A DNA stretch of 18,892 nt from Myxococcota bacterium (GCA_041687695.1 JAWLBL010000002.1:51769-70660); one strand, 5' to 3'. Positions 1 through 8,674 are shown, counted from the stretch's first letter. A program made the numbers and translations. Notes: generated from the sequence alone by a model not told the origin.

Positions 1-99
1 CAACCCGGCGCAGCAAGCTGCTCCGGATGGGGGCTCCACCAAGGTGGAGCACTCCGGTTGGCCTCTTGCGACATCCTCGAGGTTCGGCCGGCCGGAGCG

Positions 100-2343
100 C
101 TACAGGGCGAAGAGGTAGACCGGGCGCGTCCTGTTCGGCGAGCGGGTGACGGCGCCCACCACGGCCTCTCCCTTCCAGAAGGCGACGTAGAAGCCGAACC
201 CGCTGGTGCCGGCGACTTTGAACGTGCGGGCGAGGGTGCCCGAGGTCAGGTCGAAGAGGTAGGCCTGCCCCCCGCCGCCCTCGAAGGGGGCCCCGACCAG
301 CAGCCGGTCGCCCTGGAGCGCCACCGAGGTGCCGAACGAGGACGAGTGCTTTTCGGTCGACCGGAAGACGGCCTTGGGGGTCTGGGCGCCGTGCTCGAAG
401 ACCCGCAGCTCGGAGCCGACGCGGACCACGTAGCGCTGGGCGTCCGCGGCCACGACGCCGCCGCCCTCGACCCGGGGCCAACGGGGGCGGGCCGGCATGC
501 GCTCGAGGTAGCCGGCGACGGTGCCGTCGGCCGCCATCAGGACGGCCGGGCCGGTGTAGGACTCGCCCGTGACGTACCCGACGCTCAGCGCCAGGTGGTC
601 GCCGACGACGGCCGTGCGCTGCCCCAGGATCTCCTTGGGGGCGGGCGTCGGGGCCTGGAGCACGCGGACGCCGCTGCCCAGCGATCCGATTGGGATGTGG
701 GTCATGGCGGCGAGCGCGGCCGGCATGGCGCCGGGCACGCCGGCCGGCGTCAGGTCGAGGCAGTCGTCGAGCACCAGGGTCGCGCCCTCGGGGCACGAGG
801 TCGGGACGCCCGCGCAAGCGCTTCGGTCGGCGTCCCAGCGCTGGCCCGCCCAGCAGCAGTGGATGCCGTCGCTGGCCTGGACCCGGCCGCCCTCGCAGAT
901 CTCCTGCGCGACGCATCGCGCCTCGACGCGGACGTGACCCTCGGGGCACTTCGGCGTCCCCGCGCACTGTCCCCGCTTGGCGTCGAAGCGTTGCCCCGGC
1001 CAGCAGCAGTGGACGTCGTCGGCGGTGCGCTGCTGGCCAGCGGGGCAGCTGGCCAGGGCGAGCCCGTCGAAGAGCGCCTGGGCGGCCTTGGGGTCGCCCT
1101 TGATCCAGACCGAGACCGTCTCGTTGTGGAAGGCCCCGAAGGCGGCCTGGAGCTTCTTCGCGTCCTGCTCGTTGAAGGAGACCGTGGACTCAAGGGGGAA
1201 GTCCACCCACGTCACGATCGCCTCGCGGTCCGAGCCGGCGCGCTGAACGCTCCACCGCTTCATCCGCCCGAAGTCGCCCACCGACTTCTCCTCGGTGAGC
1301 TTCGCCGTGAGCCCTTCCGACGCCAGGCCCGCCTCGACCCGGGCCAGGATCGGCGAGGTGGCGCCGAGCGGCCCGGCCGAGGTCATCCGAGCGGCGCTGG
1401 CGCTGCGCAGCTTGCCGCCGCTCCACACGAGCAGCGTCTTGTTCGTGGCCGCCACCTGCAGGCTGTAGGCGCGGTCGGGGAAGATGCCGGCCCGCTCCCA
1501 GGTCTTGCCGCCGTCGAGCGAGCGGAGCAGGCCGCCGGTGTACTCGGCGAAGATGGCGTCCTTCAGCGTGGCGAGCTCGCCGATGTTGGCGGCCAGCGCG
1601 GCGGGGTCGGACGAGGACGACCAGGTGGCGCCGAGGTCGGTCGAGACGTGGAACGTCTTGTTGGTTCGCAGCAGGACCGCGTCGCCCGCGCGCGCGAGCT
1701 TGCCGGCCTTGGGATCGGCCCGGTCGTCCGTCCAGGTCCGGCCTCCGTCGGCGGACCGGACCAGCGTGTTGCGTTCGGTCTTGGCCAGGACGCCGTCCGC
1801 CCCCACGACCACGGGCTCCCAGTAGCTGCGAGAGGGGATGTCGCCCTGCGTGATGGTCTTGCCGCCGTCGGTCGAGGTGGCGATGAGGCTGCGCGAACTG
1901 GCCGCGCTCTTGGCGATGGCGAACAGGCGCTTGCCGTCGGTGGCGGCGCGCCAGACGTCGGCGGCCGGCGGCAGGACCGGCTCCCAGGACTTGCCGCCGT
2001 CGGCGGAGCGGTGCCCCGTCTTGCCCAGGATGAACAGGTGCTTGCCCACCACCAGCGGTCCGCTGCCCTCGGGGAGCTGAGCGTTCACCAGCTTCCAGGT
2101 CTTGCCCTGATCGGTCGACTGGATGAGCTGTCGCTCGGACGTCCGGGCGAGGAACGCGTTGCCGAAGGCGGTCAGCTCGTAGATCCCGTCGTCCTTGGCG
2201 AAGGCCTCGGCGGCCCCCTTGGGGGTCAGCTCGGTCCAGAGCGCCGGCTCGGCGGCGCGGACGTCGGGCGAGGCGACGGCGAACAGCATCGCGCCGAGCA
2301 GGGCCAGGCGTGTCCAGAGCTTCGAGCAGGGCTTGACGCGCAT
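100..2343 (-). CDS. Secreted multidomain protein (747 aa): signal peptide, Asp-box/BNR beta-propeller, two Cys-rich CCWxGQ repeats, C-terminal FG-GAP-like repeats
   Basis: True start is ATG 2343 (MRVKPCSKLWTRLALLGAMLFAVASPDVRA-A, Sec signal-like), preceded by the SD-like AAAGGAG. The upstream 780 aa of the 100..4683 ORF is a shadow frame over other genes. Six SxDxGxT/SW-type motifs: STDQGKTW, SADGGKSW, STDGGKTI, SADGGRTW, STDLGATW, SLDGGKTW. C-terminal FGTSVALQGDRLLVGAP...GQAYLFD and GFGFYVAF...VVGA. Confidence 0.85.
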   Translation of the reverse strand: MRVKPCSKLWTRLALLGAMLFAVASPDVRAAEPALWTELTPKGAAEAFAKDDGIYELTAFGNAFLARTSERQLIQSTDQGKTWKLVNAQLPEGSGPLVVGKHLFILGKTGHRSADGGKSWEPVLPPAADVWRAATDGKRLFAIAKSAASSRSLIATSTDGGKTITQGDIPSRSYWEPVVVGADGVLAKTERNTLVRSADGGRTWTDDRADPKAGKLARAGDAVLLRTNKTFHVSTDLGATWSSSSDPAALAANIGELATLKDAIFAEYTGGLLRSLDGGKTWERAGIFPDRAYSLQVAATNKTLLVWSGGKLRSASAARMTSAGPLGATSPILARVEAGLASEGLTAKLTEEKSVGDFGRMKRWSVQRAGSDREAIVTWVDFPLESTVSFNEQDAKKLQAAFGAFHNETVSVWIKGDPKAAQALFDGLALASCPAGQQRTADDVHCCWPGQRFDAKRGQCAGTPKCPEGHVRVEARCVAQEICEGGRVQASDGIHCCWAGQRWDADRSACAGVPTSCPEGATLVLDDCLDLTPAGVPGAMPAALAAMTHIPIGSLGSGVRVLQAPTPAPKEILGQRTAVVGDHLALSVGYVTGESYTGPAVLMAADGTVAGYLERMPARPRWPRVEGGGVVAADAQRYVVRVGSELRVFEHGAQTPKAVFRSTEKHSSSFGTSVALQGDRLLVGAPFEGGGGQAYLFDLTSGTLARTFKVAGTSGFGFYVAFWKGEAVVGAVTRSPNRTRPVYLFAL

Positions 2344-2408
2344 GGGGCAGGTCTCCTTTCGGCACGTCGCGCCGACCCCGGTCACCACCCGCGCGTGCAG
2401 TGCGAGCG

Positions 2409-2438
2409 AAGGTGTGACCGAGGCCCGGCGGCTGTCAA
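2409..2438 (-). promoter_or_regulatory. Candidate sigma70-type promoter for the Asp-box protein gene
   Basis: Perfect TTGACA on the minus strand (2438-2433), an 18-nt spacer, then a weak -10 CACCTT (2414-2409), about 65 nt upstream of ATG 2343. Confidence 0.4.
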
Positions 2439-2471
2439 GCGGGCCTGCCCCGCCTGAGGCCGCCGGGGCTC

Positions 2472-3926
2472 TCAGGCGCCGCAGCAGCGCTTGTGCTTGT
2501 GGCCCGAGCCGCAGGGGCAGGGGGCGTTGCGGCCGACCTTGGGCTGCTCGCGGCGACGGGGCTCGCGGCCGAGGCCGCCGTAGATCTCGTGGGCGCCGGA
2601 GAGCCAGGGCATCGCCAGCTCCGGGTGCCAGGGCTGGGCGTGCTCGTCCAGCTCGGCCTCGGGCAGGTAGAGGTTCCTCGGGGCGGCGCGGGCGGCCCAG
2701 CCCAGGGCGCCGGGGAGGGTCGCGGCGAGGGTCGGGTCGCCGTAGACGCACACCGGCTCGTTGGCCCAGCGGGCGCGGGCGCGGCGGGCGGCGGCCTTGC
2801 CTTCGGGCGTCTGGGACAGGCGCCGGTCCTCGGCGTCGTCGCCGGTGACCGGCGAGCGGGCGCCGGGCGGGTGGGACAGGCGCCAGAAGGTCAACAGGGC
2901 GTGGTCGGAGTCGTCGACCGGCGCCGGGCGCGGCGGGGCGGCGGCGTCGGACGAGCGCAGGGCGCGCGCGAGGGACTCGGCGAACGCGCCGTTGCGGCGG
3001 CGCTCGGCGTTGATGCCGGTGGTGCGCAGCGCGGCGACGCGCTCGAGGGTCGCCAGGGCGTCGGGGCGTCCGGGGCCGACGCGGGTGGCGAAGAAGGCCA
3101 GGGCCAGCGCGTGCGAGACGCCCTCCGGGTGCTCGTCGACGGTGGCCTCGGTGACGGCCGACAAGGGGCGCAGGCCGCGCCAGGGCATGCGGGCGGCCAG
3201 CCAGCAGGCGCGCAGGGCGGTGGGCCACAGGCCGCCGCGCATCAGGATGCCGATGAGCCGCTCCATGGAGGCCTCGTCGCGTCTGACCCGCACCTCGAGG
3301 GTGTCGCGCTCGGCGGCGCCCAGCAGGACCGAGAGGTGGCCGATGGACCAGTCGGTGCTCCACAGCGCCTGCAGCGTGTCGGCCTCGCGGGCGTTGAGGC
3401 GGTGGCGACGCGCGAGCAGGCGCGAGCCCTCGCGCAGGAGGCGCTCGCGGCGCTCGATGGCGGCGACCAGGGCCTTGGTGACCGACTGGTTGAGCAGGTT
3501 GGCCACCGGGAGCAGCTCGGCCATCTGCTCGCGCGAGACCAGGTGCGCGTCGCCGAGGACGGCGCCCCAGAGCCGGACGAAGGAGCGTTTGTCGGCGACC
3601 AGGGCCTCGAGCTTGGCGATGGCGTGGCCGAGGCGCTCGTGCTTTCGGGCCAGCTGGTCGAGGCGGCCGCGGCGGATGGTCCAGCAGCCGGTCGGGACCA
3701 TGCCGGCGGCGAGGCAGGTGATGAAGGTCCCCTGGCGATCGACCAGCACCCAGGGCGGGTTGGGGCTGTGGTCCAGCGCGATGGCGACCCGCTCGAAGCG
3801 GTCGGGCGGCGCGGCGGCGCGCAGGATGAAGCTGACCAGCTCGGGGTTGCGGTACAGGCCGAGCGCCAGGTCCATGTGGACCATCGACACTCGCTCGAGG
3901 CGCTCGAGGAAGTGGATGTCGTCCAT
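2472..3926 (-). CDS. SEC-C (SecA C-terminal-type Zn-binding) motif protein, 484 aa, with an uncharacterised helical body
   Basis: C-terminus KVGRNAPCPCGSGHKHKRCCGA is a canonical SEC-C motif. Likely start is MDDIHFLERLERVS at 3926; the ORF track extends to 3983. Composition is that of a normal protein. Confidence 0.85.
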   Translation of the reverse strand: MDDIHFLERLERVSMVHMDLALGLYRNPELVSFILRAAAPPDRFERVAIALDHSPNPPWVLVDRQGTFITCLAAGMVPTGCWTIRRGRLDQLARKHERLGHAIAKLEALVADKRSFVRLWGAVLGDAHLVSREQMAELLPVANLLNQSVTKALVAAIERRERLLREGSRLLARRHRLNAREADTLQALWSTDWSIGHLSVLLGAAERDTLEVRVRRDEASMERLIGILMRGGLWPTALRACWLAARMPWRGLRPLSAVTEATVDEHPEGVSHALALAFFATRVGPGRPDALATLERVAALRTTGINAERRRNGAFAESLARALRSSDAAAPPRPAPVDDSDHALLTFWRLSHPPGARSPVTGDDAEDRRLSQTPEGKAAARRARARWANEPVCVYGDPTLAATLPGALGWAARAAPRNLYLPEAELDEHAQPWHPELAMPWLSGAHEIYGGLGREPRRREQPKVGRNAPCPCGSGHKHKRCCGA

Positions 3927-3968
3927 GGGGCCATGTTGAGCGGGCGATCTCGCGATGGCAACCCGTCC

Positions 3969-3984
3969 CGTGACCGAAGTCATG
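3969..3984. promoter_or_regulatory. CRP/FNR-family-like palindrome
   Basis: CGTGA-ccgaag-TCATG, core TGAC-N4-GTCA. Resembles TGTGA-N6-TCACA and TTGAT-N4-ATCAA. Lies in the divergent intergenic region 3927-4053. Confidence 0.35.
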
Positions 3985-4003
3985 GCCCCGGGGGCGCGCG
4001 GTG

Positions 4004-4020
4004 TTGAAAGTGGTTCTCAG
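4004..4020 (+). promoter_or_regulatory. Fur-like iron-responsive operator
   Basis: TTGAAAGTGGTTCTCAG matches 12 of 16 specified positions of the deltaproteobacterial Fur-like consensus WTGAAAATNATTTTCAW. It is an AT-rich island ending 33 nt upstream of the methyltransferase start. Confidence 0.5.
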
Positions 4021-4053
4021 CAACCGGGCTCGACACCGCCCACGGAGGCTCCC

Positions 4054-4884
4054 GTGACCCAGACCGCGCTCCCCCACACCACGGCCGACTTCAAGGCCGA
4101 CCTCTCCATCGACAAGATGCCCGCCCACTGGCTGATGGCCCGCCTGGGCAAGCGCGTGCTGCGGCCGGGCGGCCTCGAGACGACCCGCTGGCTGCTCGAG
4201 CGGCTGGCCGTGACCGGGACCGACGACGTGGTCGAGCTGGCGCCCGGGCTGGGGCTGACGGCGCGGGCGTTGGTGGTCGCCGGGCCGCGCACGTACCTGG
4301 GCGTCGAGCGGGACACCGAGGCGGCGGCGGCCGCGCGCCGGGCCATCGCCTCGACCGGGCACGTCTCGGCGAGCGTGGTCCTGGGCGACGCGGCCAGCCT
4401 GCCGCTGATGGACGACGCGGCCAGCGTGGTGGTCGGCGAGGCCATGCTGAGCATGCAGACCCTGTCGAAGAAGGCCGCCATGATGCGCGAGGCGGCGCGG
4501 GTGCTGCGGCCGGGGGGCCGCTATGGCATCCACGAGCTGGCCATCGGGGTCGACGACATGCCGTCGCGCGAGATCGAGCGCGTCCAGCAGGACCTGTCCA
4601 AGGCCATCCGGGTGGGCGTGCGCATCGGCACCGTGGGCGAGTGGCGCGGCTGGCTCGGCGAGGCCGGCTTCGACGCGGCGCACGTGAAGACGGCGCCGAT
4701 GCGGCTGCTCGAGCCCGACCGGCTCATCGAGGACGAGGGCGCGGCCGGGGCGGCGAGGTTCCTGTTCAACGCGCTGCGCTCGCCGCGGTCGCTCAGGCGC
4801 CTACGCGAGGTGCGCGCGGCCTTTCGCCGGCACCGCGACGTGCTGTGCGCCGTGGCCATCGTCGGCAAGAGGTCGGTGGGCTGA
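4054..4884 (+). CDS. Class I SAM-dependent methyltransferase (276 aa; HWLxARLGKRVLRPGG family)
   Basis: GTG start at 4054 with GGAGG at 4044-4048. Motif I variant VVELAPGLG, acidic GVERD, GDAASLPL, and post-II EAARVLRPGG. Confidence 0.9.
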   Translation: MTQTALPHTTADFKADLSIDKMPAHWLMARLGKRVLRPGGLETTRWLLERLAVTGTDDVVELAPGLGLTARALVVAGPRTYLGVERDTEAAAAARRAIASTGHVSASVVLGDAASLPLMDDAASVVVGEAMLSMQTLSKKAAMMREAARVLRPGGRYGIHELAIGVDDMPSREIERVQQDLSKAIRVGVRIGTVGEWRGWLGEAGFDAAHVKTAPMRLLEPDRLIEDEGAAGAARFLFNALRSPRSLRRLREVRAAFRRHRDVLCAVAIVGKRSVG

Positions 4885-4892
4885 GCGGGCCC

Positions 4893-5312
4893 TCAGGTCT
4901 GGGGGGCGCGCCGCTGCACCTCGTCGAGCACCTCGGGCGGCAGGCGCGCCTCGCAGATCGGGAACAGCTCCCGCTCCTCGAAGCGCACGTGCTCGCGCAG
5001 GTGGTAGGCGAACTCGCCGAGGCGTCCGGTCTCGCCGCGGCCGACCTCGGCGGCGTGGGCGCGCAGCGTCTCGTGGTCGCGCTCGGTGCGTTCGACCAGC
5101 TCCAGCTCGCCGACCGCTCGCAGAGCCGGCAGCAGCACCTCCTCCTCGACGCGGAAGTGGGGGGCGATCTCGCGGTCGAAGCGCGTGGCCAGGGCGTGGG
5201 CGTAGTCCGGGTCGTGCAGGCCGGAGGCCACCGCGTCGCCCAGCGCGCGCGCCAGCACGAGCGCGTGGTGGTGCTCGGAGGACAGGCCGCGGAGGCGGGG
5301 GTCTCGCTTCAT
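4893..5312 (-). CDS. Hemerythrin-like (HHE cation-binding) domain protein, 139 aa
   Basis: Start MKRDPRLRGLSSEHHHAL at 5312 with GGAG SD. Di-iron ligand patterns EHH, HFRVEEEVL, DH and HVRFEERELF. Confidence 0.88.
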   Translation of the reverse strand: MKRDPRLRGLSSEHHHALVLARALGDAVASGLHDPDYAHALATRFDREIAPHFRVEEEVLLPALRAVGELELVERTERDHETLRAHAAEVGRGETGRLGEFAYHLREHVRFEERELFPICEARLPPEVLDEVQRRAPQT

Positions 5313-5334
5313 CGGGTCTCCGGGGGGCAGAGCG

Positions 5335-5436
5335 CAGGGACGCCCCATCCCTAACCGAAAGGCGACCGTAGGGCCACGCCGGGCGCGCAGGGGCGGGTCG
5401 GGGAGTCATCGGACCCGAACGTCCGGGGCGTCCCTG
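5335..5436. repeat. 12-bp perfect inverted repeat enclosing 78 nt with internal hairpins
   Basis: CAGGGACGCCCC (5335-5346) and GGGGCGTCCCTG (5425-5436). The interior has a CCCTA/TAGGG pairing enclosing CC-GAAA-GG, and a GGAC/GTCC hairpin. Confidence 0.6.
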
Positions 5437-5488
5437 ACAGCCCTCGTCCGTTCGGTGTAGCCTCGGCCGCCGAACACACGCTGGGGGG

Positions 5489-8400
5489 ATGCGCATGGGT
5501 GCGGCGATGGAGGCGGGGGCGCCGGCGTCACGGGTGACGCCGCCCACGACGGGGGACGCGCTGGTGCGCGAGCGCGTGCTGGCGCGGCTGGACGCCGGGC
5601 CGTCGTGCCGGGTCGTGTGGGTGCACGCGCCGGCCGGGGCGGGCAAGACCACGGCGGCGGCGACCTGGCTGCGGGCGCGCGGGCGCGACGGGGCGTGGCT
5701 GACCCTGGACCCCGAGGCGAGCGAGCCGGCCACCTTCTTTCATCGGCTGGGCCAGGCGTTGGGGCGGGTCGCGGGGGCCGAGGCGCCTGCAGCGCCGGTC
5801 GTGAAGCCCGAGCACCTGCTGGGGCTGCCGGCGTTCGCGCGCGGGCTGCTGGGGCGGCTGTCGCGCTGGCTGCCGGGGCCGGGGGCGCTGGTGCTGGACG
5901 ACTACCACGTGCTGCCCGAGGACACGCCGCTGCACGCGGCGCTGGCGGCCGGGCTCGAGGTGCTGGAGCCGGAGGTGCCGCTGGTCGTCCTGAGCCGCGG
6001 CGCGCCGCCGCCGGCCTTCGCGCGGGCGCGCGCCAACGGGCTGCTGCGGGTGGTCGGTGGCGACGAGCTGCGCTTTTCGGCCGACGAGGTGGCGCGGGTC
6101 GCGGCGCGGTTCGGGGTGGACGCCGAGGAGGCGTCGGGGCTGCACGCGCGCACGGGGGGCTGGGCCGCCGGGATGATGTTGCTGCTGGCGGGGGGCGGCC
6201 GGCGGCAGGCGGCGCCGAGCGACGAGGCGACGCTGGAGGCGGTCTTCGACTACCTGGCGGGCGAGGTGTTGGAGCGGCTGGAGCCCGAGACGCGCGATTT
6301 GCTGACGCGGGTCGCGGAGCTGCCCGAGGTGACCGCGCGGGCGGCCGAGGCGCTGACCGGGCGGGCCGACGCCGGGGCGGCGCTGTCGGCGCTGGCGCGG
6401 CGGCAGTTCTTCGTCGAGCGCCTCGAGGGCGAGCGCGGGGCCTGGCGGCTGCACCCGCTGCTGGCGGAGTTCTTGCGGGCGCGGGCGCGGGCGGCGCTGG
6501 GCGAGGGCGGCTACGCCGAGCACCTGGCGGCCAGCGGCGAGGCGCTGGTGGCCGACGGGCAGGAGGCGGCCGGGCTGTCGTGCCTGGCGCGGGCTGGGCG
6601 GTGGGACCGGCTGGCCGAGGTCGCCTGCGACGTCGCCCCGGTCTGGCTGGCGCAGGGCCGACACCTGGCGCTGGCGCCCTGGCTCGCGCAGGCCCTGGAG
6701 CGCACGCCCGGGGCGCCGCTGCCGAGCTTTTGGCTGGGGCACGCGCTGGGGCCCTTCCAGCCGGCGGTCGCGCGCGGGCACCTGGAGGTCGCCTTCGAGG
6801 CGCTGCGCGCGGCGGGCGCCGTGCCGCAGGCCCTGCTGGCGTGGGCGGCCATCGTCGAGACCTTCATGTTCGAGCGGGCCGACTTCGCGCCGCTCGACCG
6901 CTGGATCGCCGCCCTGGCGGCGCTGGGCGGGCTCGAGGCCCTGCCGCCCGACCCGGTGGTCCAGCTGCGCGTGGTGAGCAGCATGGTCGGCGCGCTGACC
7001 TACCGCCAGCCCGATCACCCCGAGATCGAGGCGTGGGTCGAGGCGCTCGAGGCGCGGCTGCACCACATCCCCGACCCGACCATCGCCGCCTACTGCGCCG
7101 GGCAGCTCCAGACCTGGTACAGCTGGGTGGGCGACGAGACGCGCCTCGTGCGCACCGCCGCCCTCATCGAGCAGCAGGCCGCGCGGCTGCCCGACGCGCC
7201 GCTGGGCGTGGCGCACCTGCTGACCGAGCTCACGCGGTCCATCGCGCAGTGGTTCACCGGGCGCTATGAGGCGTCGCTGGCGTCCGTCGCGCGGGCCGAG
7301 GAGGTGGCCGAGGCGTCGGGGATCCACGCCTGGGACCCGCTGGTCGCGGCGCAGACGGTGTACGCGTCGATGGGGCTGGGCGACGGCGCCGGCGCGGCGC
7401 GGGCCGCCGAGCGAGCCGAGCGATTGCTACGCCCCGAGCACCACATGGACGTGTCGCAGGCCCATGTGCTGCAGGCCTGGGTCGCGCTCGACCGGGGCGA
7501 GCCGGGGCTGGCGCTGGCGCACGCCGAGCGGGGACGGGCGGCTTCGGCGCGGGCGGGGCTGTACTTCGGTGAGGCGATGAGTCTCGCGACGTTGGCCCGG
7601 GCCTACGAGGCGACCGGGCAGGCCGAGCAGGCCGACGAGGCGCTGGCCGAGCTGCGGGCGCGGGCCAAGGGGATGAACAGCGAGGTGCTGCGACGCGACG
7701 TGATGCTGTTCGAGGCGCTGCGGGCGCTGCGGCGGGGCGAAGCGGCGACGCGAACGGTCGAGGCGCTCAGGCGGGTGTTCGAGCCCGGACCGCGTTTGCT
7801 GGGCGGACTGTGGCCGTGGTGGTGTCTGTCGGAGCGCGTGTCGCTGTGTGTCGCGGCCCTGGAGCGAGGCGTCGCGGTCGAGCAGGTGCGGCGCGTCGTG
7901 GCGCGCGACGGGCTGCCGCCGAGCGAGGCGGCGGAGCTGACGGCGGGGTGGCCGTACGCGGTCGAGGTGCGCGCGCTGGGAGCGCTGGAGGTGCGGGTGG
8001 ACGGGGCGCGGGTGGACGCGGGGGCGCGCGCGCCGATGCGGCGGCTGGAGCTGCTCGAGGTGCTGGTCGCCCTGGGCGGGGCGGACGTGGCCGAGGACGC
8101 GGTGGCCGACCTCTTGTGGCCGGACGCCGACGGGGCGGCGGCGAGGGCGGCGCTGAAGACGACGCTGTCGCGGCTGCGCAAGCTGCTGGGGGCCGAGACG
8201 GTGACCCTCGAGGGCGGGCGGCTGAGCCTGGACCGGCGGCGCTGTCGGGTGGACGCGCTGGTCGTCGAGCGGCTGCTGGCGGGCGGCTATCCCGGGCTGT
8301 CGCCGGCCGAGGTGGCCGAGCGCGTGCTGACCCTGCACCGTGGGCCGCTGCTGCCGCATCAGGACGCCTCCTGGGCGGCCGCGGCGCGCGAGCGGCTGGA

Positions 8401-8674
8401 CGCGCGGGCGGCGCGCTGCCTCGCCGACGAGGGCGAGCGGCGTCTGGCCGCGGGCGAGGCCGCGGGGGCCGAGGCGATGCTGGCGCGCGCGGTCGAGCTG
8501 GCGCCGGTGAGCGAGAGCGCCCACCGCGGGCTGGTGCGGGCGCTGTTGGCGCTCGGGCGTCGTGGGGACGCGGCGCTGGCCTACCGGCGCTGCGTCGAGG
8601 CGTTGGAGCGGCTGGCCGGGACGAGCCCGTCGCCGGCCACGCGCGCGCTGGAGGCGAAGATCCGCGAGCGCTGA
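5489..8674 (+). CDS. MalT-like STAND NTPase transcriptional regulator with TPR-like sensor region and C-terminal OmpR-type wHTH + BTAD (SARP-like) domain
   Basis: Walker A APAGAGKTT (~5627-5653), Walker B LVLDDYH (~5888-5908), LRFSADE, TGGWAAG, FDYLAGEV and WRLHPLLAEFL are all MalT-like. C-terminal VRALGALEV, LLWPDAD, LSRLRKLLG, LHRGPLLP..W and P.SESAHRGLV are SARP/BTAD-like. Alternative starts at 5495 and 5507. Confidence 0.9.
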   Translation: MRMGAAMEAGAPASRVTPPTTGDALVRERVLARLDAGPSCRVVWVHAPAGAGKTTAAATWLRARGRDGAWLTLDPEASEPATFFHRLGQALGRVAGAEAPAAPVVKPEHLLGLPAFARGLLGRLSRWLPGPGALVLDDYHVLPEDTPLHAALAAGLEVLEPEVPLVVLSRGAPPPAFARARANGLLRVVGGDELRFSADEVARVAARFGVDAEEASGLHARTGGWAAGMMLLLAGGGRRQAAPSDEATLEAVFDYLAGEVLERLEPETRDLLTRVAELPEVTARAAEALTGRADAGAALSALARRQFFVERLEGERGAWRLHPLLAEFLRARARAALGEGGYAEHLAASGEALVADGQEAAGLSCLARAGRWDRLAEVACDVAPVWLAQGRHLALAPWLAQALERTPGAPLPSFWLGHALGPFQPAVARGHLEVAFEALRAAGAVPQALLAWAAIVETFMFERADFAPLDRWIAALAALGGLEALPPDPVVQLRVVSSMVGALTYRQPDHPEIEAWVEALEARLHHIPDPTIAAYCAGQLQTWYSWVGDETRLVRTAALIEQQAARLPDAPLGVAHLLTELTRSIAQWFTGRYEASLASVARAEEVAEASGIHAWDPLVAAQTVYASMGLGDGAGAARAAERAERLLRPEHHMDVSQAHVLQAWVALDRGEPGLALAHAERGRAASARAGLYFGEAMSLATLARAYEATGQAEQADEALAELRARAKGMNSEVLRRDVMLFEALRALRRGEAATRTVEALRRVFEPGPRLLGGLWPWWCLSERVSLCVAALERGVAVEQVRRVVARDGLPPSEAAELTAGWPYAVEVRALGALEVRVDGARVDAGARAPMRRLELLEVLVALGGADVAEDAVADLLWPDADGAAARAALKTTLSRLRKLLGAETVTLEGGRLSLDRRRCRVDALVVERLLAGGYPGLSPAEVAERVLTLHRGPLLPHQDASWAAAARERLDARAARCLADEGERRLAAGEAAGAEAMLARAVELAPVSESAHRGLVRALLALGRRGDAALAYRRCVEALERLAGTSPSPATRALEAKIRER

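Noticed and set aside
1..75. Possible minus-strand gene start (MSQEANRSAPPWW...) running off the window
   Set aside because: Only about 24 codons are visible, the SD spacing is poor, and no motif supports it.
2472..2545. secA gene call
   Set aside because: Only the SEC-C tail is present; there are no DEAD-like ATPase motifs and the protein is too short.
2344..4683. N-terminal 780 aa of the 1527-aa ORF 100..4683
   Set aside because: Arg/Pro/Gly-rich shadow translation overlapping the SEC-C and methyltransferase genes. The real start has an SD and signal peptide at 2343.
5335..5440. Hammerhead ribozyme, c-di-GMP riboswitch or tRNA
   Set aside because: The CUGANGA and GAAA cores are not both present on one strand. 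The GEMM consensus and tRNA T/D-loop motifs are missing.
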